Part shown: positions 26,064 through 39,600 of the stretch, one piece after another | Layout of the letters: the number at the start of each line of letters is the position of its first letter | Position numbering within the stretch: the stretch's first letter is position 1 | From: Lama glama | Taxonomy: Eukaryota | Direction: 5' to 3' | Assembly: GCA_028534125.1 (NCBI GenBank) | Contig: CM052818.1 | Coordinates: 16,060,001-16,124,000, forward strand | Length of the DNA stretch: 64,000 nt | Program-made: the position numbers and the translations under genes | Notes under the pieces: generated by a model | What the model saw: only the letters and a program-made list of their open reading frames with translations | What the model was told of the DNA's origin: nothing | Databases searched by the model: none

Positions 26064-26313
26064 CTATATCATATGCTTGAAATTTGCTAAAAGAGTAAAA
26101 TAGTAAATGTTCTTACCACACACAATGAAAAATATTAATTCTGTGAGGTGAAGTATGTGTTAATTAACTTGACTGTGGTAATCATTTCACAATATATACA
26201 CATACAAATTAAATCATCACATTCTACACCATAAAAAATTTATGTTGTACAACCTAAATTATGGAACTTCTGCCAGTCACATCTAAATAAACTAGAAAAA
26301 AAAATAAAAGAAA
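26064..26313 (+). mobile_element. L1MA/MB-like 3' end with A tail
   Basis: 'cttgaaatttgctaaaagagta...tgtgaggtga...ttaattaacttgactgtggtaatcatttcacaatata' followed by an A-rich tail. Confidence 0.85.
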
Positions 26314-26990
26314 TTCCAAGATTTGAAGGCACTGTTTTAATTTCATATTAATGATCTCATCAGCTTATAAATCTCCAGAGTAAAATCTATGTCTGAGATA
26401 ACTGAAGCAAAATAAATAATCTTTTTATTTATTACACAATTTATGTAGAAGTGAGAGGACACAACAATATAGACTGTCTTATACTTTGTAAGATAATAGA
26501 AAACAAAACAGCCTCAGAAACCAAGGGGAAACACATATGGGACTAACAATGAGCACATTTGGCTCAGAAGCCATCTTGACCACAGCCAGCAATCTTCTGT
26601 CTATTCCAGTATGACCCATTAGTCCTCCTAAAGTCTAACAGTAAAATAATAAACAGTACAGTGATAACTTCTACCTGAAAGGACCACTGACTTAAAATTA
26701 AAACTACTTTCCTATCTAAGTCTAGATTTCTCTAAAATGTCTGGCCCTGAGGCAAGATCACTTGGAGGAAAAGGACACAAATGTTAGAATTAATTCAAAT
26801 AACAATTCTGATGTTTTGTCAGACAACTAATCTAAAGCAACTTCTTCCATGAATGTGGGGTAATCCCACTGTGGAATTGCTGAGTAAATGCATAATACAT
26901 AATTTCAGGAGAAAGTGCTGGGCATTTAACACTTCCTTATTAATTTTAGTTCTTTCTTTATCAATTCCATTATATAGCTAAATGATTATG

Positions 26991-27037
26991 AAGATAGATA
27001 TAGATGACAGATAGATAGACAGATGGAAGATAGATAG
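26991..27037 (+). repeat. (GATA)n imperfect microsatellite
   Basis: Read directly from the sequence. Confidence 0.85.
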
Positions 27038-28589
27038 GAGAAAGATTATCTTGCTCTGAGGGCCTGGAAAATAAAGGTGGCTGTTTCTTGTACCCATTTT
27101 AATTTCTTTTAAAAATCTTACTTGCTTTCAGCTATACAACTATACATCTAATAAAGTGCAATTAACACAGACCATGATTTTTTTTCCTCCCTTGATTCCC
27201 AAGTGTCTTCCAATGACAAAAAAAAGTGGGGTAAAGGTGATTATGATGGATTAGACCATAAACGAAAGCATTGGGAATAATCATGGGAGTTATATTATCA
27301 TTTAAATTTCACCTGACACTTCTTACATGGCAGTCATAGAATAATGTTAGAGGTCTCAGGGAACTAGTAATTGCACTGCTGAACTGACGGTAATTTCAAT
27401 AGGACTGGGAGCTGGAGAGTCCTATAATCAGTTGCTGTTTGGCAATATACAGTACTGACAATCCTCATTCCCTTTTACATTTGCACAATTAAACTATTTG
27501 TAGGCAAGGTAGGCATTGCTTGTTCCTGAGATATCAGAGCCATTATACAAGACTTTTCCAGGGCTCTCATCACTAGAGGCTACTTTAAACATCTAATAAA
27601 GGGAGGCAGATATTTCTTCTATGTCATGTAGAGAAGCTAGTATTCTCAAGGATGAGTGATCTATTTAGAAATGTTGAGGCCAGGTGCCTCCTTTGTGACA
27701 CTGTTTGCCGTCCTGTTCCTCTGCATAGCATCTCACTTGGTCTGACTGCCTTCAAGTTAAACAACGGGGAAAAAGCCATGACTTGATCACAGTGTAAGGG
27801 TAGAGAGGCATACGGGATGGACCATTCTGTACAATCTAGATAACTTAAGCTTCCCTCCTGACAATGGATTTCTGTTATAATTCATCATTGCCCTTTTGCC
27901 TTATATTTCTGCCTAATAAAGTGGATTTCAGTTCTACAAACCCAGAAAGACTTCTAAGAGAGGAAATGGTGAATCATTATGGTTTTCTAACCAATGGACT
28001 TGCAAACTCTTGAGGGCAGTCCTGCAAAGATTTTGGTTCAAGGACTACCACACAGAAAGGATGTCTTTCTTATATTGTATGTGCTTTACTGGAATGAATT
28101 AATGATATAAGTTTGGGGCCACATTCTAAGTAGGTGAAATAGATCTTATTTCAGTGAAGACACTGTGGTCTGAAGCTCGCCTCGATGTCAGCAAACATCA
28201 GTCACCAACAGAAGATAAGTGAATTAAACTGTCTTTGGTTTCCTCAATATGAATTAAACATAGTAATATCTGAATCATGTTTTTAAGTGAGGTTTAAATA
28301 ATATATAGAGAGGGAGATGCTTTCAGGAATATGATTCAGTTTGAAGCCCAATAAATCTGTGTATTCCAAATTAGCCAACCCATCCACAGACCTCTGTCAC
28401 GACTGCCAAGAGAGAAAACAAGGTGCCAGAACCCTGTGTCCCTACTCTCATTCACAATCCTGCAATAATCATAAACTTGTCACTATTATCAGCATCAAGA
28501 TCATCAGGAATAATAATTTTATATTCTTTATCCCCATGTAGATCAATCACTTTAAAAATCTTACACACATAGGGTTAATCCTCACTCCA

Positions 28590-28870
28590 AGATTCTATAA
28601 AGCTCAGTGGGGTAACATCTATCCCCATCCTTTCCCATTTTCTCCTCATCTCTTATCACTCTTGCTGCTTTATTTTTCTCCAGAGCAAATACTGCCATAT
28701 GATTACCTGTATAGTTTTTAATTTGTTTTTCTGTTTTCCTCACTAAAATGAAAGCTCCATAAAAAAAAAAAGGATGTTTGACTCTCTTACTCACTGCTGT
28801 TTCCCAAGCACACAGAATGGAACTTGGCATACAGTAGATAATTAATAAATATTTTTGAATATATGCATAA
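28590..28870 (+). mobile_element. L2 LINE 3' end
   Basis: 'cactaaaatgaaagctccat...tcactgctgtttcccaagcacacagaatggaacttggcatacagtagata..aataaatatttttgaat'. Confidence 0.8.
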
Positions 28871-29289
28871 ATTAAATTACGAAAGCTGTAAATGATATTA
28901 ATAATATATATTTAGCAAGTATTTATGAGCATTTAGTATACTATATATAAATTACATAAATTATAAAAGATATCATACTACATAATGTTTGAAATAAATA
29001 TACCAACATCGCAAATAGACTAGTATTTATCTTTCCAGTAAACCAGAGATCCACAATATTAAATATAAGTTCTGAATGTTGGAGATCCCACTTTTTTCCA
29101 GTTCCTATGAAGTATAAAATAAATTCTTACATTCAAGTATTTCAAAACACTGTTTAGCAAACAAGGCTTGTACTAGACAAAATACAAAGTAAGGAATGTT
29201 ATCCAAAGACAGCTACAGATAAAATTACTCTACGCATAAGAGGATAATATTAAGGTAATTATGATTTGGTTGTCAAGAATACTACAGAA

Positions 29290-30414
29290 AGAGAAGCAAG
29301 ATGGTGGAGTAGAAGGACGCCTGTAGCTCACGCTCTCCCACAAATACACCAAAACTTACATCTGCGGATCCACTCAGCCAACCAGAGCACCTGCCAAACT
29401 CCGACAGAACATCACCCTCTTCAAAAGACAAAGATGCCAAAAATCTGGTAGGAGAAAAAGAAAAAAGAAAGAAGAAAAGACAAAACTGTGGAACCGGTTG
29501 TGCACGGAGGGAGCAGCAAAGGAGGAATAGCGTTCATTTGCTGTGTCTCCCCCCTCCAACGGAGAGGCCAATGGGATGGAGGGGGAGCCTCTGAGGCTCA
29601 GATCTGCCTGAGCACCCCTTGACCGACAGAACTAAGTTAAACGGGCACAAAGGGTCCCCACGACACCCAGCCTGAGACGCGAACTGGCAGCTGGGTCCGG
29701 GACAGGCTGCCCGAGCCAGGCAGAGGACTGGGGCAGCAGCACTGAGGCGGCCCAGGGGAATGCAGGGTGCTGCATGCCGTGGCTGGGAGGGGATATGGAG
29801 CAGAACAATCTCGGTCCCCCATAAATTGCGAAAAAAGCAAAGCAATAAAGTTGGCATGCCCTGGAGGGAGGGGCGCTGTAGCCTTTGTCTCCTCAGACCT
29901 GCGGCACCATTTACTGGCGCTTCTGGGGAGAAGAAAGGTGGGGCACAGCCACAGCCGCCATTTCCTCCTGTGCGCAGCACCCGGGCGGGCGTGGGGCCGA
30001 GCCCTGAATCTGCACCCGGAGGCTCCACAACCTCCTAGGCAGGACTGAGACTTGTTTACAGCCCGAGGCAGACAGGATCTTTCTGCCCTGGCACCTCAGA
30101 GAACTCGCGCCACCAAGACAAACAAGGATCTGAGATTTGGCACAGAGCAGGGGCAGGGCTGTTCCGCGGTCTTCCCCAAGCCCGCCTACAGAGCGCCAAC
30201 CTGAGGCAGAGCACGCAGCTGCACAGAGCAGTGCAGCAACCAGCACCGGGAGAGGGCAGGCGGCCACCTGCCTTCCTGGCAGGAATGCAGCACCTGACCA
30301 TGGTGCTGGGAGGGTGCACGATCCGCCCCCCTGCCTTGCCCGAGTGCAGCATCTGACTGCAGCATCAGGAGGGGGAGTGACCCGCCTGCCCATTGGCCAC
30401 AGTACCAGAGAGAT
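29290..30414 (+). promoter_or_regulatory. L1 5'UTR internal promoter (CpG-rich)
   Basis: The only extended CpG-rich segment in the window. YY1-like CAAGATGG at 29297-29304, directly upstream of the ORF1 ATG. Confidence 0.8.
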
Positions 30415-31302
30415 ATGAGCAATATGAAGAAGCAGAGGAATCACCCCCAATTAAAAGATCAAGAGAAATCCCCTGAAAGCATGATCAAGGAAATAGACAG
30501 TGATGGCTTACTAGATCAAGATTTCAAAAAAGGAGTGATCAAAGTACTGAAGGAACTAAAAGAAATAGTATTTAGAGATATAAAATATGTTAAAAATGAA
30601 ATAAAAGCTATAAAGAAGAACCAAGTAGAATTAGTAAACTAATTTGCTGAGATAACAGCAGACCTAAAGTCTGTGCAAAGCAGACTAGACAATGCAGAGA
30701 AACGAATAAGCGACCTAGAAGACAGGACAACAGAAAGCACCCAATCAGAACAGCTGAAAGAAAAACAAATAAAAAACAATGAAAACAACATAAGGGACCT
30801 ATGGGATAATATAAAGCGTGCCAATCTACGCATCATAGGGGTTCCAGAAGGGGAAGAAAGAACAAAGGGGATTGAAAAGGTATTTAAAGAAATTATGACT
30901 GAAAACTTCCCAAACCTAAAAAAGGACTCAGATATCCAAGTACAGGAAGCTCAGAGGTTCCCAAACAGACCCACATCAAGACGCATCATAATCAAAATGG
31001 CCAGAGTCAAGGATAAAGAAATGATCCCAAAGGCAGCAAGAGAAAAACAAAGAATAAGTTACAAGGGAACCCCCATAAGTCTCTCAGCTGATTTCTCTAC
31101 ACAAACACTACAGGTCAGAAGGGAGTGGTAAGATACATTCAAAGTCCTGAATGAAAAAAAGATGCAGCCTAGGATACTCTATCCAGCAAGGCTATCCTTT
31201 AGAATAGAAGGAGAGATAAAAGACTTCACAGACAAGCAAAAACTAAAAGAGTTTAGCAACACTAAACCCATGCTAGAAGAAATATTGACAGGTCTACTCT
31301 AA
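30415..31302 (+). pseudogene. L1 ORF1p, 295 codons in one frame with two premature TAA stops
   Basis: ORFs 30415-30642 and 30673-31131 and the tail ending GLL* at 31302 share one frame. Motifs RDLWDNIKRANLRIIGVPEGEE, ENFPNL, SADFS and YPARLSF are present. Stops at 30640-30642 and 31129-31131. Confidence 0.95.
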
Positions 31303-31411
31303 ATAGAAAAGAAGCAGGATGTTACAAAAATGAGAAACTCGTAACTGGAAAGGTGATAACTACCATGAATTCCAAATAGAATAAACACAAAATTGTAAAA
31401 GAAGACATCTA

Positions 31412-31911
31412 NNNNNNNNNNNNNNNNNNNNNNNNNNNNNNNNNNNNNNNNNNNNNNNNNNNNNNNNNNNNNNNNNNNNNNNNNNNNNNNNNNNNNNNNN
31501 NNNNNNNNNNNNNNNNNNNNNNNNNNNNNNNNNNNNNNNNNNNNNNNNNNNNNNNNNNNNNNNNNNNNNNNNNNNNNNNNNNNNNNNNNNNNNNNNNNNN
31601 NNNNNNNNNNNNNNNNNNNNNNNNNNNNNNNNNNNNNNNNNNNNNNNNNNNNNNNNNNNNNNNNNNNNNNNNNNNNNNNNNNNNNNNNNNNNNNNNNNNN
31701 NNNNNNNNNNNNNNNNNNNNNNNNNNNNNNNNNNNNNNNNNNNNNNNNNNNNNNNNNNNNNNNNNNNNNNNNNNNNNNNNNNNNNNNNNNNNNNNNNNNN
31801 NNNNNNNNNNNNNNNNNNNNNNNNNNNNNNNNNNNNNNNNNNNNNNNNNNNNNNNNNNNNNNNNNNNNNNNNNNNNNNNNNNNNNNNNNNNNNNNNNNNN
31901 NNNNNNNNNNN
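31412..31911. other. Assembly gap (500 N)
   Basis: Run of N. Confidence 1.
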
Positions 31912-32012
31912 TGATTAATTTAATATTTACTTCTACATTTTAAACTTCATGGTCTCAGGTATAGTTTCAAAGTAGTAGAATCCAGAAAATTACGCTTAGT
32001 GACAGCTTACAT

Positions 32013-32184
32013 CAGTGCCTCTCAAAATTCAAGTTTGAATCGGAATCAACTGAAGAACCTGTTACAATGCACATTCTTATTTGCAGTAGATTTGGGGTAA
32101 GCCCTGAAACTCTGGATTTCTAATGAACGCTCAGATGCTGTTGGTAAAGCTGCCAAGGCATGAGGTAAATGTTGAGCAGCAAGG
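32013..32184 (+). mobile_element. MER5-like hAT MITE
   Basis: 'cagtgcctctcaaa...gaatcaactgaaga...cagtagatttggggtaagccctga..tggatttctaa...ttgagcagcaagg'. Confidence 0.75.
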
Positions 32185-33061
32185 AATTAAACAGCACCAC
32201 TGTCATTAAACAGTGATCATTATAGCAACTGAACTTTAACAAAAGTAAGCCATAGAGAAAGTCAAATCAATTTCATTTTATACTTTGTAAATTGACACCT
32301 GAAACATGCTTCAGTGCATTTTCGCTAGTATTGCTACCAAGCAGAAATTTCATTGTGCTGTTCAGAAAGCACTTACTATAACTTAGGATGAAAGCATGGT
32401 AAGATTATAAATCCTGCCTAACATAGTGCTTCCTTGTACATTCATATTCTTGAAATAATGCTTGTTCAGTATCCACAGGATTTCCCTGAAGCACCAGCTA
32501 CTACATAAGAGAGTTTCATAGAACCACTTATTTCTCCTCCATGATCTAGCCAATCAGCCCCCACCCTAGATATTCAGTTGTAAAACCTGATAATATTCTT
32601 ATATGACCTGAAGGTCATTTTGAACAACCTTAAGAGTATTATAAGGAATTTAGAAACATTTTCAAAGCTGAGTTCTTTGTGAAGCCTCCTTTTCAATTTG
32701 ATCTTTTACCAAATCCCTGCAAGTGAAGTCACTGAAGACTGAAGGAGTTCAAATTTTGAAAGAGAAGATAAAAATTCTCTTCTAAGTGTTAGAATAAGTT
32801 AATGCAAATTCAAATAAAGAAAAATTTTTTTCATTTACAATAGATATTGTGCACTCAGACTGGAATCAGTCAGTGCAGCTATGGTTTAGGACAATAAACT
32901 CTCTCTCCCACAAACCCACCTTTTTGATAGAAGTCTTAAATAAGCACTTGGTCATAATTTATTATGAAACATGATAAAAACTGAAAACAAATATATGACT
33001 TCTTATGTGGGTAACTTAATCTACCTGGTGTCTCAGAAAGAAACCTCAGAAAATTTCATTC

Positions 33062-33107
33062 ATATATATATATATACACATATATATATACACACACACA
33101 CACACAT
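33062..33107 (+). repeat. (TA)n(CA)n compound microsatellite
   Basis: Read directly from the sequence. Confidence 0.9.
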
Positions 33108-33643
33108 AAAAAAATTCATAATGTATTTTATATATTAAACTTTCATATATATTCATATATTTATATGTTAAAGGAGGTGATATATGGGCTGGGAAATTAA
33201 CACCTAAAAGAGTTTTCATGGGAAAATATTTCTAGAGTGAATACATAATCTCCGCTAAACCCAACAGGTCCAAAAGAACTGGGTATGTATGAGGAAATAT
33301 AAACAGTTTGCTGCAGTTGGAGAAAACTGCTTATGAGTGGAGGAGAAGCAGGAGATGCTGAATAGAGAATTTTCTTACAGAATTTTAAACAGTTACAGGG
33401 AATCTTGTATGCCTTATGTGTTAGAGAGCTGAGGATTTATCTCACAGCCAAAGAAGAATCATTAAAACATGTCTTTATAAATACTGTTTTCTAGAAAGTT
33501 AACTTTAGTGGAAGTATAGAGGATGGGCTGTTGGGGAACATCTTGAGGTTAGCTATCACCTAGGAGATTATTGATCTGGAGAAAGAAAGATGCTGAAAGC
33601 CTGACCTAATGTATTAGCAGTGGGAATACAGAGGAAGCAAAGA

Positions 33644-33689
33644 GTGTGAGTGTGTGAGTGTGTGTGCGTGTGTGTGTGTGTGTGTGTGT
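33644..33689 (+). repeat. (TG)n microsatellite within an antisense L2 fragment (about 33250-33760)
   Basis: Read directly; the flanks are purine-rich, L2-like text. Confidence 0.85.
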
Positions 33690-33990
33690 ATCTCTATGTG
33701 TATGGATGGGTGGATTTATATACGGTTCACTGAGTAATCAGATCTGTGAGGTACCTCATAGGGTTCTCTATAAATGATAAAAAATTGTAAAAGGTGATGT
33801 GCTCCTAATAAAAGATAATGATTAAAAAATTAGTATACATATGAATCAAAAAGAAAACCTCTACTTACATGATGTAATTTTGAGTATGTCTTGTCAGAAA
33901 ATTAATATCCTTTTTTCCTTAGGATTTTGGGAAAGGTTTATGGGGAACATGGCCTTGCAGTCCATATTTTTATGGAATCTTCTAAGATAC

Positions 33991-34491
33991 TACAGAGAGT
34001 GGTAGAATACACCACCTCAAAATATACCACTGTGGCATCAGGATTATTTTGAGCTCAAGAGACTTAGAAAACAGTAGATGCAAGAAGGGTATTTTAATTT
34101 CTTCTTTTCTTTTTGAAAATGGGAGATTAAAACTCCCCATGTGACAGAAGCCCTCCTTGTACCAGGAGAAAAGAAGCATTCTTTGATGAGGAGTCAAAAC
34201 CGAAAGTTTTCTGTACAAACAGACCTAGTTAAAAATAATTCTTATCTTTCTTTAGCCTCCCTATATAGCTTAGTCACTTTTCCACAACTGTCACTTTGTT
34301 CAACCCAATATAATAGCATGTGGGTTTTGCCAGTTCTTTGGGTCTTTATCCCATATGAGGGCACCCATATCACGTAAAACATATATAAATTTGCATGTTT
34401 CTATCCTATTAATCTGTCTTAGGTCAGTTTACTTCTTACACACAGCCAAAACACCCTAAGAGGGTAAAGGCAAAAACCTACCTCCCCTATA
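33991..34491 (+). mobile_element. ERV1 solo LTR (MER34A-like)
   Basis: 'gaatacaccacctcaaaatataccactgtggcatcaggattattttgagct', ending 'cctcccctata'. Confidence 0.85.
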
Positions 34492-35443
34492 GCTATGTCA
34501 GTAAAATCCGGGAACTCTTTACGTGGAATAAAAAGCAATATTAGAATAAAGTTACTAGAGTGTCCTGTAACTTTGGATGCATTTTCCTACCTCTCCTACT
34601 CTCAGTATTATGTAAATGAGATTAATGTCAGGGTGTGATTTTTCTATGAGTTCCATTCTGTTTCATAGCTATGGATCATGTGATCATTTGATGCAATATA
34701 TCATCTCAAATATGTATGCTTTTAATCAGAAATCTGGATCAGAGAATAACTGTCCAACTCAACTAAATCCAATTATGAAAAGTGACATGTTACATTGGTT
34801 TAATAGTGGCATATTTATATTGAGAATTGATCACATTCAGTTATGATACTCCTGGGGAATGCTTAAATCACTCAAGGCAGTGATAAGCACGAGTAGAGGT
34901 TTAGCAAAGTCCTAGCAAAGAGAGACATGCCAAGTGCATGCTCTGATACCTTCCAAGGCTTCCATAGTGTTGCAAAGCCAATGAATGCAGGGTTTCTTTG
35001 AGTTTCCACATACCCTCATGATTCCATATCCAGTAAAAACGGGTAGTTGCTGTGTCTACTTATTTTGCTTTTTTTTTTTAATTTGCTGTAAATGTAGATT
35101 AAAAGAGCACATTGGTAAGTCATTTTTGTTTTCTCCAATAAACGTACCATTGGAGAACATAGCATATTGGGGTCAGAAAATTGTCTCATGCTATCATTTG
35201 GATATAGTTATTTGGCTTTCAAATTCCATATGTTGTTCATTGTTGAAATAGCAGAAAATAACTCTGCTAAATTCCAATGCAATAAATTACATCTTTCTCT
35301 CAAATAACCACGATATATTTCTTTTTTAAATGTGTAGAAGATTATGAGGTTTAAGTCTAAGATAACAAACTTATCCTCACTCCTGCTATCAGCAGAAAAT
35401 TTAAAGTCAATGGGTCATGATAGAAATTATATGAATAAAGAAA

Positions 35444-35444
<1 letters not shown>

Positions 35445-35507
<63 letters not shown>
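35445..35507 (+). repeat. (TG)n(AG)n compound microsatellite
   Basis: Read directly from the sequence. Confidence 0.95.
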
Positions 35508-36429
35508 GGGGTGAAAAAGATAGTTGGGAAAGATAAAAGTATTCCCCAAAATGACTTCTTACTAAAAAGCGTGGTTCAAAATTTTTTTCAGAAATGTGTC
35601 TGTGTGAATCTGGCTGTGAGATTTTTAGCTCATTGCTACGTTATAAATGCAAAGCAACTTGGATTTATCTTATTTTCTCATACAACAGGGATACTGCAAT
35701 TCCATTTTCTAGTCCCATATGCAAAATAATGGCTCCTCTTGCATGCCTCAATGACTTTTGAATTTAAATTAGGTCATGAAGGTAAGTGGGGAGGAAAAAA
35801 TGCTAACATTTTCCAATGTTTATTACATGAACTTTCAAATTACTTGAAGAAAATCATAAACTTCTCTAACATTAAAGGTAGGCACAGCCCCCAAATCATT
35901 TTTTTTTTACCCATGCACTTCAAATACATAATTATAAGGGAAATTGTTATTTTTCCAATTCCAACTTTCATCATTCTTCTAGTATTCGAATTCTAAGTGA
36001 TTTTGCAGAGGAAGACCTGGTGGCTTCTGTGGCCCTATACCAGATGATCTTGGGTAGTGTATTCATGCTACCTGGTTGAATCTGAAAAGTGAATTATTAC
36101 AGCCAAATTTTGCCTGCCTAGCAAAGTTGAAGGAAATATTACCTGTAAACTAGGTAATTGTAACAGTGTAATTCCTAAACTGTTATATTTACTATCCTAA
36201 ATAGCAGGAACGAGATTCTTAAGATACTGATTGCACTGATGGATCCTTAACAACATATTTCCTGAATTGTGATTCTCTTGTCACTTAGTTCTCTTTTCCT
36301 GCCCCATCTCTCTCTCTCCTTCTGTGTATGTGTGTGTTTTCTCTCTGGTTCTCTCTCGCTCTCCTCCCTGCTTTTGATCTTCTATTGAGTAAAAACTATA
36401 AGCATAGTGTTAAGCATAATTTACTTCAT

Positions 36430-36660
36430 AACCACTTATATAACACTTACTATGTACCCCTATTCTGAATGTTTTAAAAATATTAACATATTTAATCCAG
36501 CATAATTCTTACAACAACTCTACAAAGCAGGGATTATTGTAACTGTCATTTTACAAGTGAAGAAACTGAAGAACTAAGAAATTAATTCAAAGTCAATAAG
36601 GTTGTGAGAGATTAGGAACCAAAATCAGGTATATCAGCTTTCACGGCCATTGCTATTCTC
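36430..36660 (-). mobile_element. MIR SINE
   Basis: 'acacttactatgtacc...acaacaactctac...cattttacaagtgaagaaactgaag'. Confidence 0.75.
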
Positions 36661-39600
36661 ATTATGCAATGTAACTTTTAAAATAAACTAACAATTTGGA
36701 TTTATCTCATATAAACAGGATCATGAGTTATGTTGTTGGATTCACTTCCCTAGGGGAACAATTTTAAGTCACTATTTAAAATAAATCAGTAACTCTCCAA
36801 GTTTATTAACCATTGTTTGTTGATTTATTCTATGGATCTAGAGTCTTGTCCAAAATAATCCAATGCAAACTTGTAACCATTATCAAGTATTGATTAATGT
36901 AAATTTCAGTAATAACTTATGATTATTAAGCCTTTACTACCAGCATAATATTGCTCTGCATTTTATCTGAATTTCCTTTATTAATATTCATAACAATCCA
37001 AGGAAGTAGGCACCATGATTACCCTAAAGTTCCAAATTAGAAAGGTTCATAAAAGTATATAACTTTCTAAATTCTGTTGCTCCCAAGTGGCTTAGCCATG
37101 GCTTGAACTGGACTCAGTTTATTCAAGAGTGCAAACTCTTAACCTCAGGAATTGGCATTTGTGATAACACTTAGAAAAACTAGTACACAGTTCATTACTG
37201 ACTTCACATTTTACTCCACATATCCAACATTAAGTAATTGGGAATCGCTTTTATTTCTTCTAAAGTGGGACTTTAGTTATGCTCAGTCTTTACTTTCTTC
37301 TGGTTACCTTATTTGTTCCAAGGTCTACATTCACTCAAGGAATATATTAAAAAGTGAAGATGAGAGAGTAATGCCTAAAAACCAAATCTTCTTGCTTTCA
37401 TATTTCATGCTGAAAATCTTGCCTTTTTTTCCCTAGGACATTGACTGAGTTCTATGAACATGAGATAACTATCTGTCCCTTCTTTACCTTAGGTGATCTC
37501 TTGCCTGCATGACCAAATTCTTCAAATCCTGTCCTATCTCTGCTGCTCACTCCTTACCTCTACTAGACCTCTCCTGTCCATCTGGACTTGCTTTTTATTC
37601 CCTTCTCCATTGCCGTCACAGGGGGCAGTCAGTGTGGTGAAGACTCAACATCTGAAAACAACCATTTACTTTTACTCCTTTAATTATAAGTTTTGACAAA
37701 CTTGGTGATCAATGTATGTCTGTTTCTACTTTTACCTTTTTTGAATATGAAATATAAGGTATCTTCCATGGACACTAGCACATAGTAGGCATTTGATAAA
37801 GGTTTCTTCAGGACTGCGAGTGCCTTTGGAGTAGGGGTAGGCAGTAATATCCTCATCACTTTATCTAGTGGACAAGGGGAATTGCAGTAAGTACAAATCT
37901 TATTAATCAATGAAATAGTTTATAAAATCTTGACAGTTTCTTTTTTATGTTATTATCCATTATTTATGTTATTATCCATTATTTATTTACTTACTATGAA
38001 TCTAAATCATTTTATTCTCATCTTAGAGTGTTCATGTCATTAACAGACATTCAAATCATTAGCAAAGATCTATATTACATTAAGAAATATAAAAAATAGT
38101 TATAATATTTGATTTTTTATTTTCATGGCAACTAAGAAAACTGGCAATCTTCTAAATTAACAAAATGTATTACATCTTTGAGAGGTGTACCTAAACTTTG
38201 GAGAAATATCTTGCTGTTAAATTGGAATATTTCTGCAGAAGCAAAATGTAATACTACTCTGCATTTTCTCTAATAATGGATTCACTTCTATCTGTGAAGA
38301 GTATTTACAAGCTTAAGATATGATAACTGAATTCATAAGAACTAGGGGACGTAATCCAAATGCAAAGAAATGGAAGGATTTCTAGACAGAGAGTGAGAAG
38401 ACTTGTGTTCTCAGTTCTACCATCGATTAGCAGTTTGCTATTAAAGTCATTTTACTCTTCTCCACCTAAATATCATTTTTTTAAACAGTGACAGGTCGGT
38501 GACACAAATTCTTTTAAAAATGTATTCAGTTCAATAGTAGATACTTTGAGATACTTTGGAATTAGGTTTTGAGTGTGTGCAAAATCGTGTTACTTATTTC
38601 AATCCCTGAGAAAATCCAATCCACGTTATCTGTTCACACAAAAGATGAATTCAGTCATTGCATGAGCTTGTGGTATTTGCCTAGAGATTCTGGCCTTTCA
38701 ACAGACTTAAGCTGGAGGTTTGAACAAATGACTCTCTCACAGAATCTCACAGTTTTCTTAACTACAAATTGGAGAGATTAATGTTTACTTACTTGCTTAA
38801 GTATTATGTGGATTAGTTAACAGAGGAAAAGAGCACACATTTTGGAGTCCCACATTTTCTATTCTTTCTTCTTGATTTTTTGTTTTAGATTATTTCTATC
38901 CTGAATTAGCTTTATTTCTTATCTGCCAAGACTGCTTACTTCACAGTCTTTTATTTATTGTTTTGATAGTTTAGAAGGTCCAACTTACTGAATGGATAGC
39001 CAATACCCTCATCCTCCTGAGTCTCATTGTTTTAGAAATTAAAGTTTATTAACCTGCTTTAATATTAATTTGGGATATCTCTAATAATTACCTCCTTTAA
39101 AGTTTATTCCTTTTGTTAGCTTAAACAGGACTCAAAAAAGATTACAGGAAAATTTGAATTTTCCCTTAGCCCTGTTATGAACACACATGAAATGCCATGC
39201 TAAGCTAGTAATTAAAGTAAAATGAGCAATTAGAGCAATGATATATGTGTTTTGGTGATGGTATATTGTTGACAAAAGGACACCCAAGGTTAAATAGCTC
39301 CACAGTAAAGAGATAAAATAATCTAGGGTTTGAGACCATAGATAGGTTCTGTAACTACACAGAACCTCTTCCCAAATTGGGTGTGTACCTTTTTATCTGT
39401 ATGACCTGAGTAAAGGTATTTGCTTTTCGAGGCAAGGCTCCTTGCATACAATACTCAGATATTAATAATTTTCTACATACAGATGTTGGAAACATTAAAT
39501 TAACTATCATAAGAATCAAGAATAATGCTTAATGCATAGGTGATGCTGAATATTTTTTGGCAACTAGTATTATCGTATTACTGCTGTAGTTGTATTATTC

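Larger units (their letters stand above)
29290..31411 (+). mobile_element. Young L1 5' portion (5'UTR, ORF1, inter-ORF spacer), cut by an assembly gap
   Basis: Abrupt shift to GC/CpG-rich sequence starting 'gaagcaagatggtggagtag', then ORF1, then the N gap. Confidence 0.95.

Noticed and set aside
29290..30414. CpG island as a host gene promoter
   Set aside because: Fully explained as the L1 5'UTR directly preceding ORF1.
29534..30450. Long overlapping ORFs (164 and 179 aa on the minus strand, others on plus) in the GC-rich block, considered as an ORF0-like antisense protein
   Set aside because: They start at non-ATG codons, have low-complexity composition, and are expected by chance in the stop-poor GC-rich L1 5'UTR.
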